From the NCBI RefSeq assembly GCF_009914755.1, contig NC_060929.1: DNA of 64,000 nt. One strand, given 5' to 3'. Of the stretch, positions 47,022 through 64,000 are shown piece after piece; within the stretch, counting starts at the first letter, position 1; each line of letters begins with the position of its first letter. This DNA comes from the human T2T-CHM13v2.0 reference genome, Homo sapiens. The notes below the pieces were generated by a model that worked only from the letters and a program-made list of their open reading frames with translations, made no database searches and was not told the DNA's origin. Both the position numbers and the translations under genes were made by a program.

Positions 47022-47056
47022 TGCACTTGATCTTAGCCAAAAGGCCAAGAAGCAAT
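47022..47056 (-). pseudogene. U2 snRNA 5' fragment (nt 1-35), 3'-truncated and tailless
   Basis: Minus strand ATTGCTTCTTGGCCTTTTGGCTAAGATCAAGTGCA versus U2 ATCGCTTCTCGGCCTTTTGGCTAAGATCAAGTGTA: 32/35 identical, two differences are CpG decay. Confidence 0.9.
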
Positions 47057-47924
47057 ATAGTGTGAATCACTTTCTCTTCTTCTAAGGAAAGGTCACAATT
47101 AGGACACCCTTTGAAGGGGAGAGTGGGAGGCAGCTTTCATCGGGAGCCTTCAGCTGGCCTGGCCCCTTTCCTTTTGCACAGGTAGTTTGAGTTTCATACT
47201 AACCCGGAAGTGAGTGCCTGCCAGGTAGGGGAAGGTTTTTAGGAAGTGGTTTTTGGCCCTTTGGGAGGTAGAGGGTAGTCACAAGCTTTCTTGAACTCTG
47301 AACCTCCTGAGGGTCGGGGTCTTTCTGCTGACCCACCCACTGTCTATAGTGGGACCTGAACTGGAGTAAGCAATCTTAATAGCTGTTACTGAGCACCCAT
47401 TCTCTTTTCTGGGAGGTGGGCAGGGTGGGAGGAGGAGGAGGAGCAGCCGGCCTGAAACTACAAAACCTCTTTAAGATGGAGAGCTTGGCAGATGGGAGTT
47501 CCCCTGTTTGCAAAACCCAAGACAGCTCAAAGGGAGTAATTAGGGTGTTGGGGCCACTGGAGGTTCAGCAGGTGCCTCAGTCCAGACTCAAAAACCTCCC
47601 TGGCTGGTCCAGAGTGATCTAAGGGAGTGGCCAGGAGAGAGGATGGCCTTACCTTGCCTGGGATTCAAGAAAGGAAGTAAGTTTTGGTACCTCGCTGGTG
47701 AAAACATGGGAAACAGCACATCAATGTGAAGGGAGAAGGTGATGGGATTTAAATTAGAACATGGGCAGGGTACTTCTCTCTGCTCTCACTTTGTGACCTT
47801 AGATTGTTTGTCTAACCTGTTTTCCTTATTCACAGAATGGGGCTAATCCCGGTGCTGAGGTTGTTTAGAGCGTCAAATTGCTGTTGAGTATGGGGCAGTA
47901 CAGTTCATGAATTGAAAAAGTCCT

Positions 47925-51656
<3,732 letters not shown>

Positions 51657-54510
51657 TATTTTTCTTCTTAGCTCTTATCACCACTGGGTCAGGGACTTCG
51701 ATACCTGATTACGTTTGTATTCCCAGTACCTGCAGCAGTGCCTGGCACAATGTAATAGGCAGCTTGGTGAACATTTAGTGAAAGAATGAATTGCGTATTT
51801 TTAATGGCATTCATTCATTACATTTTGAGTGCTTACCATGTGTCAGACATAGGGGATACTGCAGTGCATAATAAAAAGTCTCTGCAAGAAACACATGCAC
51901 TCAAAATTCAGTATGGAATATGTTGTGTAGGGAATCCCAAAGTATGGAATTCTTTGGCAGTGTAGCAGGGGCACCCAATTCAGTATAGGTCAGAGAAGTC
52001 TTCTAGAAATGGGAAGGATGAGTAGCAGTCACCTGAGAAGAAGCCTGGAAAGAGAACTCAGTTTTGGTTGAGGAAAGGCCCTGGTGTTCAGGGAACTGAG
52101 TTCCTTGTGGTTTTAGTATGGATGATTAGAAAGTAAGGTAAGCAGTCCTGCCTTGTAATCTGTGCTGAATTCTGATTTTAGCTGGAAGGAGTGGAGAGAC
52201 ATCGAAGATTGTATGTGAGGGGAGTAGCATGGTCAGATTTTTCCTTTTGAAAGATGACTCTGGCCACATGGCAGAACGTCTTGGGTTAAGAATAGGTGAT
52301 TTGGGGTTTCCCATTTGATCCTTTAGGGCAAGGTTCCCAGATTACAAAATGGAGCAAATTTCCAAGTCACTCCTGAAATGTGGATCTTGGGCAATTATTA
52401 ACTGTCATCACTTAGGGGTAGAGAGTGGCCGAGGTTTATGGGATATCTCAGACCCTTCAGAAGGCTACATTATCCAGAATGCATCTCATTTGCTGGAAGA
52501 GGCACAGTTGCTGATGAACTGGTTGAGCTCATGCTTGCCTGCTTGCCCCTGCTGCAGCTGGCTGGGTGGGAACAACAAGAGGCCCTGAAAGTTGTAGAAG
52601 GGGCAGTGGGGCAGGCTTCCAGGTGGCAGTCGGCCCCCTTCTCCTGGGGTGGTCCACATGGCTAGGCTTCTAACCATCAGCTGGTTTTACAGCTATGCTG
52701 AGAACAGTGGGTTTGCATTTGCCTACAGATAGGCTGCTACCCTGAGTTCTTGAGAACATTGGGCTATAGTTAGGCTTACCCAGCCCAGTTTCCTAGTTGT
52801 CAGCACTGTCTCCATTGCTGTGCCCTCAGGGCCTTGGTTTTCCCTTCCTCCTTTCAGAGAAGAGGGAATATTTGGAACTGGAAGGGACTCAGAGGTCATT
52901 CAATCTAAACCTCTCATTTACAGGTTAGGAACTTCAAGCCCAGAAAGGAAATAGGAGTTGTTCAGGATTCCAGTCAATTCAAAGTGAGGCTGAGACTTGA
53001 AACTGCTCCCACTACAGTTCTGTTTTAACTCTACCTCTGGAGGAAGAAGTAAAATGGGGTAGTTGAGCATGAACTTGGGACAGTCAGTCACAGTTAGCGC
53101 AGCCATTTACCCACTGAGTGCCCTTGGATAGGTTGCTAACTTCTGGGCTTCAGTAAATGGGGCTATAGCTGGAGTGCCCACGTACTAGGATCATTGATGA
53201 ATGTGAGCTAGGTGAATATATAAAAATACTCAACTGGAGCCTGGCACATAGTAATACGTGGTAATGGTAAGAATGTTGAATGTTCTTCTTTTGAGGCCCT
53301 GACTTTGGCCCAGGTCTTCAATTTGCTTAACAGAAGTCAGGTGCTATAGCTGGCCTTCCTCTGTTGTCCTGGGTCCTCTTCCCCTTGATTGCTGCAGTTT
53401 GGTCCTGAGTATACACAGGAAGGTAGCCTACGTGAACTCTCAGAGCCAGTTTTTCTGACCTTGCCCTAGGCTGGCTCAAGCAACTCCATATTGAAGTGGA
53501 ATTTAAGGACTCACTGGGGACCATAATCTTGACAGTGAGAAGCTCAAATTGTGGTGCTTGAGAATGCCCTAGTGTTAGAATGTCAGAGATGAGTTCAGGC
53601 GTTTTGCAGTAAAACTCTCCCACTCTCTTTCATGGCTTTCTGCAGCTTTGAGGTTGTTTGAAGAAGCAGAGCTCTCTCTGATTTTTCTGTTCTGTATATG
53701 TATTTCCTGTTCTGCGTGTGTATTAACAGTGGTAGGAGGAAGAGACACCAATTACATGGATGGAATAGCCTAGTTTTGGAGCCCAGTGTAGGGGTGGGGT
53801 TTGGAAATGGTGAGTGCAAGGTTGGGTATGGGAGGCTGGATGCTGCTTCTAGGAAATGTGGGAGACAGGAAATCAGGAACACCTGGAAGAATTGGCTCAC
53901 TGGGCTGCATGCATCCTTCTATGAAGAAGGAATGGTTGAAGAACTAGGGTTATTTTGCCCAGGGAATCAAAGCTTGGGGGTGCGGTGGGAAATGCTGCTT
54001 GTCTTGAAATACAGAATTTTGATAGATCTTTTCCACTTGGCCTAAAGCTCTGATGGCAGGTGAGAGATGAAGGGTTAGTAGGTTTTGCCTGTAGTCAAGT
54101 AGTAACTTTTAACAGTGCCCCTAAATGGATTCAGTTGTCACAGGGGATACTGAGTTCCTTGACATGGTAATATTTGGGACAGTAGTTTAGAGCATGATTT
54201 GTTGTAGGGTTCTGCAGCTACAAGTTGGCAAAATACTTTTCAGATTCATTCATTCAGAAAGTTGTGAATACTGTATCTGTTAGGTGTCAGGCCCTGAGAT
54301 TCAGAGTTGTAAACAAGACACATTGCGGCCATGGTGGGGCTTATATTCTGAAAGGCAGAAGTCACCTGTCAGTCCAGCCCACTGACAAGTTTTGATTGAC
54401 TTGCATGTAAAAACACTTTAATCATCTGTATTTAAAAATCAAGAAAATTATCTGGAAACCTAGGGAATTCTAGCTTTAAAAAGAAATCAGAGTCAATAAG
54501 CAACCACTGA

Positions 54511-57095
<2,585 letters not shown>

Positions 57096-58107
57096 GGATT
57101 GGATCCTGTGCTGTCAAGTGCAGTGCTTATCAGTGAGTAATAGCCTTTATCATGTCCTTGGGCTTGGCCAGGTGTCCTAAAATCTGCCTCATGGGTAGCT
57201 TGCCTTGGTGAGGACAGATGCCCCAGGAACCCAGGCCGGAGTTCCTGGAGACCCTCTGCTAATCTCATGATTATTGAACTTTCAAGCTACCACACACTCC
57301 TATTCACTGTCACCATTCATTTTCACAGTAACCCTGTGGGATCTAGCTACAGTGACAATCCTCATTTTACGGATGACAAAACAGGTGCTCGTAGAGGTTC
57401 ACTAATTTGCTGAAGGCTTCACAGTAGTTAGTAAGTAGCTGGGGTTTGAGCCCATGGCAGACTGACTCCAGAGTTCATGCCGTACACATCATCTGGCTTT
57501 GCATTCTCCCAGACCACAGAATTGTACATATCCTGCCAGGAAAACTGTTGGCGGGGAGAGAGGACTCGCACAGATCTTGAGCTGCTGATATCTGTATAGG
57601 GCTGTTACGGCCCAGCCTAGACGCCTCAACTCTGCCTCCGCTGGCAGGGTGGGCTCTGGGGACATAAGCCAAGTGGGTATAAGCCAGGCACTGATCCTGC
57701 TGGGGAGCTCTGGCTCTTATTCCCCTAGAGATGTTCCTCTTCAGCTCTGCCGGGCCACATGCAGGCCTGCTGGAAAGACCTTGTAGTTTTTCACGAATGG
57801 CCTTAGGGTCAGTAGGAAAGGTTGGGGGTGGGGTTCTCTACAGGCTTTGGAAGGCTGTCTGGCTTTGTGTTACCAAAGAGGACGGAAAATACCCTATGTG
57901 TTGGGCCTTTTAACTTCTTTCGAAGGGGAAATCTTCAGGTTGCTCAGGCAACACCAATTCATTGTAGAAAAATGTCCAAATATATTTTAGCAAAAAGAAA
58001 AACAACCCCTTGGTAATCTGTCCCACTAACCAGCAAATATACAACGCACATGAACATAAATACACATATAAATATAATAAGCATTGATGAGATTGTGTAT
58101 CTTTCTA

Positions 58108-58350
58108 GACCAGTGCTAGCCACGTAAATTAAAATTTTCTAGTAGCCAAAACAGGGGAAATCAGTTTTAATAATCTAATATATTCAAAATGCTGTTTTAA
58201 CATAATGTAAAAATAATGAAATGTACATTCTTCTTACTAAGTTTTTGAAATTTGATGTCTTTCACACTTCTTGATTTGGGCTAGGAACATTTCAAGTGCT
58301 CAGTATCCACATATTGTGGCTCGTGACTATGGCATTGGATAGCGTATTTC
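58108..58350. mobile_element. MER33/MER3-type hAT-Charlie fossil
   Basis: 'aaattttctagtagcca...acatttcaagtgctcagta...gtggctcgtgacta...attggatagc'. Confidence 0.65.
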
Positions 58351-58612
58351 AAGTGTGTGTAAGAGTATACATATATATACACCTTTTTAATAAAAAGACA
58401 AAATGGGGTCATAGTATAGTAGCCTTCCCGTTGTCTATGGGGGATACATTTCAAGACCCTCCAGTAGATGCTTGAAACTTCAGCTAGTACTAAACCCTCT
58501 ATATGTTTTTTCCTATACATATGTAACTGTGATAAAGGTTAATTTGTAAATTAGGCGCAGTAAGAGATTAACAACAACAAAATACAACAATTATAACAAT
58601 ATATTGTAATAA

Positions 58613-59144
<532 letters not shown>

Positions 59145-60989
59145 CTCAGAATATCTTATACTGTACTCACGTATTTTGGGGTCTCAGTTGACCATGGGTT
59201 ACAAACTATGGCTAGGGGGGCAGGGATCCACTGTATTGTAAGCTATATATTTTTTCCATTTAGAAACATAGGCTTTCAAGGGGACTTAATCTTTTTGTAA
59301 CCCTCAAAGCCACCTTAGGAAGGAAGGTAACAGTTTGCTGTTGAGAGAAAGGTTAAGGAACTGTGGCTGTGAAGGCACATACCCAGCTGCTACCTGTGAG
59401 CCCTCCACTCTTTCCCTGCCCTCTGCAGGCACGCTGGGGTTGAGGCCTCTGAGCCTGGGCCACAAATCACATGCACACATGTGTAAGTGCATGTTCCCCC
59501 ACAGCACTGTGCTGGGGGAAGCAGGCACAGATAGGGGAAGATACTTAACCGAGCTGCCACGCAGGGATAGGATATTTAAAACACAAGCACCCTGAACTCC
59601 CAGTCCAGTGTTCTTTCCACTCATCTGCCAGATTCTGAGAGCTTCCTGCCTGGTTTTGGAACTACTTGAAGTACAAAGAGGAAACTAATGGAGGGTGGGC
59701 AAAGGCCTTCCACTTGGTTTGTCTGGGAGTACCCTCAAGTCTACAGCCTACCCCGCTGATGGAAGCAGGCCAGCACTGGCCTGTCTCTTGGGGAGAACAA
59801 ATGTGGATAGGCAGTGGGAAAAAGACCAGTTGGGCCAGAGTAGTTGCAGAAGGGGACATGGGTTGGCCTGAGTCAGGTTGGGACATAGAAATCTCTAAAT
59901 AATTGGTTTGTCCAACAATCCTGCACCCCTAGTGTGGGCACAAGTGCCTCACACTAGGCCACTTTGTGACAAGAACGTCATGCAGGTTTGAGATTTGTAG
60001 AAGCCTGGCTTCATTTTTTTTTTTTTTTGTTTCTCCACACCTAAACCGGTGCCTCAGTTTTTCAGCCTGTAAAATTGGGCTGCTTCTTAGATATGCCATT
60101 GGCTTGCTGCTGGCCTCCTCCGTCCCTTTGGAGGAGGGCTGAGGATGAGCAGCTGACTTGGGTTAGCCCTCAGATGAAAGGGACCAGAGTACTGATGATT
60201 GGGGGTTTAAAGACTGGATGGAGTTTAAATACTGGATGGATCCAGGGAAGCCAGCCTTTCTCTGCATCACTGCATCCCTGCCCCATGCTTGTTTGCACTG
60301 CAGGGAGTAGCAGCTATGGCACCCAGCAGCCCTGTGCCAAGTCTCCAGGCTGGGGAGGGTCTGCTCCAGGGAGTGAGGGGGTGCCTTGGTTTGCACTCTG
60401 GGAGCCAAATTCCCTCGAGGTAGGATATTGCTCAAGATGGCATTTGCCAGAGCTGAGGAGTCTAAGGCACCATCTTTTCATTTCTCCTGGGGTCTAGTCT
60501 TATTACTCAAACCCTTGGATATAACGGGTTGGTACTACCTTTGGGAAGACTTAATCTCTTGCATTTCCTCTGAGGTGGGATTGGAGAGGCAGTAAAGGTC
60601 CCTATTGGCTGTTGCTGGGCTTGTAGTTGCTCTGGGATGTTCTCTGCTGTCCCTGCCCCAGGCCTTTTCTGCCCACATATCATCACTGCCATTGCCCCTC
60701 TGAGGTGCCAGCTCTTTGGAGATCCTAGACTTGAAGCAGGTCAGAATCTAAAAGGGCTTTGGTCACTAAGAAGCCGTCTGGTCACTTCTTTTACAGAAAA
60801 CCAAGTCTGTATTTTGACCAAAGTCTCTCAGGTGGCACCAGGGGGGATCACAGTGCCTGCATTAGGATTTGTAGGCTTTGTTTCCTTGAGGAAAGAAACA
60901 GTTGAAACTCAGTAATTTCAGGGAAAAAAAGAAAAACAGGAGGCCCTTTGAATGGTCGGTGCTGCCAGGGGGAGATCAGAAGAGGACTA

Positions 60990-62110
60990 GGGCTGGATAT
61001 AGTGGCTCACACCTGTAATCCCAGCGCTTTGGGAAGCCAGGGCAAGAGGATCACTTGAGCCTAGGAGTTTCAGTCTAGCTTGGACAAGATGGCAAGACTG
61101 TCTCTACAAAAATTAAAATTAGCTGGGTGTCCCAGCTAATTTAGTCACAGCTACTTGGGTGGCTGATCCAGGAAGATCGTGTGAGTTCAGGAGCTTGAGG
61201 CTGCGGTGAGCTAGGATTGTGCCACTGCACTCCAGCCTGGGTAACAGAGTGAGACCTCGTATCTAAAAAACGTAAGTGAATAAAAACAAGAACTTCAAAT
61301 ACAAAAATTAGTTGGGTGTGGTGGCAAGCACCTATAGTCCCAGCTACTCAGGGGACTAAGGTGGGAGGATCACCTGAACCCGGGGAGGTCGAAGCTGCAG
61401 TGAACTGTGATCATGCCACTGCATTCCAGTCTGGGTAACAAAGTGAGACCCTCCCTCAAAAAAAAAAAAAAAAGGCGACTCCCCTGCGGCTTTGGTGCTT
61501 GCTGGAGCCCAGGCCTTCAGGTTGCAGATGGTTCTAGAGCATTGCCTTTGCAATAAACAGTGTTTTTGATTCTTGACTGTTTTTACTCACATCATTCCCT
61601 TTTCTGAGTTGCATTATCCCCACCTGGCAGGTGAACTAACGGGCTCAAGAGGAGTGGATTCTGGTGGCCTCAGTCCCCTGTAGGGCCTACAGGCTTGATC
61701 TGGAGCCTTTTGGGGACAAGAACCTAATGTTTGTTTCCTGCAGTGCTGAGAGGGGTTTGGGGTAGCCTGGGATTTCATATCCTTGGAGTCAGATACCTTC
61801 TCACTGGATAACCTTCGGCTAACCACTTAGCTGCCTTGAGTCTTCTAAAACTGGGATAATAGTCCCTCCATTGTGAGGACTAAAAAACTTAAATGCACAA
61901 AAGGGGCACGGCAGGAGGCCTGGCTTCCTGAGGTAAATGCCTAGTAAGTGGTGGCCATTATTACTATTATTAGTATTTTAAAGTAAATATGGCCGGGCTT
62001 GGTGGCTTAACTCCTGTAACCCCAGCACTTTGGGAGGTTAAGGTGAGAGTATCCCTTGAGCCCAGGAATTCAAGACCAGCCTAGGCGGCATAGCAAGACC
62101 CAGTATCTAT
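60990..62110 (+). mobile_element. AluJ elements: 60990-61270, right arm 61300-61473, monomer 61991-62110
   Basis: Diverged Alu consensus matches. Confidence 0.88.
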
Positions 62111-62937
62111 TTTATTTTATTTTGTATAGAGACAGAGCATTGGGTGAGCAAACAGTAAGATTTTTAGGGTAAGAGAAGCTGTTCGGCTGTGAGGCAAAAG
62201 CAGGTGGACAATTCCCTTCAGAACCTTCATTCTTCTGGCAAAGCCAAGTTTTGGAGCTTGTTACAAAACTTAAACCCCAGCCCAGACTGATCCCTTGTGA
62301 CCTCATATCTGTCAGGACACTCATCATGTGGCTTCTTGGATCACTGTTGGTTCCTGGTGCTGGAGATTAGACTGGTGGGTAAAGGGAGAGTACCTCCTGC
62401 ACCTCTCTTCTGGCTGCTGTTTGTGTGTGTAATTGAAACTACCTGCTCTTGTAAACCAATTAAGTCCTGTCTATACAAGTGAGACCCTGCACTGGGGTTT
62501 GGAGACCTGGGTTCCTTCCTGGCAGTCTCACTCATTGGCAGCTCAGTTCTTAAACATTAATCTGCCATGAGCAATTGCACAGGAAGCATACAACTGCAGG
62601 TGTTCAATTTATGCCCACCTTCTTAAATTAATTTCTGGAGTTTATAGAGGGAGTCAAGAATCTGCATTTCTCCCAAGCCAGCCCCTCTTCCCAGATGCTC
62701 TGTAGACCACAGAAGTGGTATTGCAAGCCTGCTAGCTCACTGATCTACAGTTTCTACAAATGTGAAGTGAGTGTTTTTCAAACTACCTTCTGCTCAGGAA
62801 CTCCTGCTGAATGGGAGTCACTCAGTTTAGTAACATTTCTTTTGGAACAGCTCTGCTATTTTTCTTTTCAAGTAATTTAAGTGTTTAATACATACTAAGG
62901 AATATAAATCTAAAATAAATATCAAAACAACCCAAGT

Positions 62938-63919
<982 letters not shown>

Positions 63920-63946
63920 CTTACTGCTGGTTTAAGAAGTGCAGGA

Positions 63947-64000
63947 TGGGTGCGGTGACTCACGCCTGTAATCCCAGCACTTTGGGAGGCCGAGGCAGGC
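63947..64000 (+). mobile_element. Start of an Alu cut by the window edge
   Basis: gggtgcggtgactcacgcctgtaatcccagcactttgggaggccgaggc. Confidence 0.9.

Noticed and set aside
59300-60990. Alu-free stretch with several 60-140 aa ORFs as a hidden exon or gene
   Set aside because: No recognisable protein similarity, no convincing splice-site pair noticed, and overlapping ORFs on both strands look random

Overview
Primate (almost certainly human) genomic DNA from the 5' part of the LARP1 gene on the + strand. The only protein-coding sequence I can support is the GC-rich first coding exon of the long LARP1 isoform (ATG 41722, splice donor after 42157), inside a CpG island at ~40550-43450. Everything after it is intron 1. 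From recalled gene structure, not from the sequence, the first ~41 kb is probably intronic to a more distal alternative first exon lying outside the window. The rest is repeat-dense: roughly 70 Alu elements or fragments by eye count (one a consensus-like AluYa5), old L1/L2/MIR, LTRs and DNA-transposon fossils. It also holds three RNA-derived pseudogenes (7SL, RPL21 with its 5'TOP tract, a 35-nt U2 5' fragment) and one orphan retroposed insert of unknown source. Nearly all ORF-track entries are Alu or GC-rich artefacts. I see no convincing undescribed biological system. The best leads are regulatory: an ATF4-type element beside an E-box in the promoter, an open in-frame 5'UTR with a well-contexted CUG, candidate poison micro-exons, and the orphan insert. 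Repeat family names and boundaries are by-eye calls and approximate.
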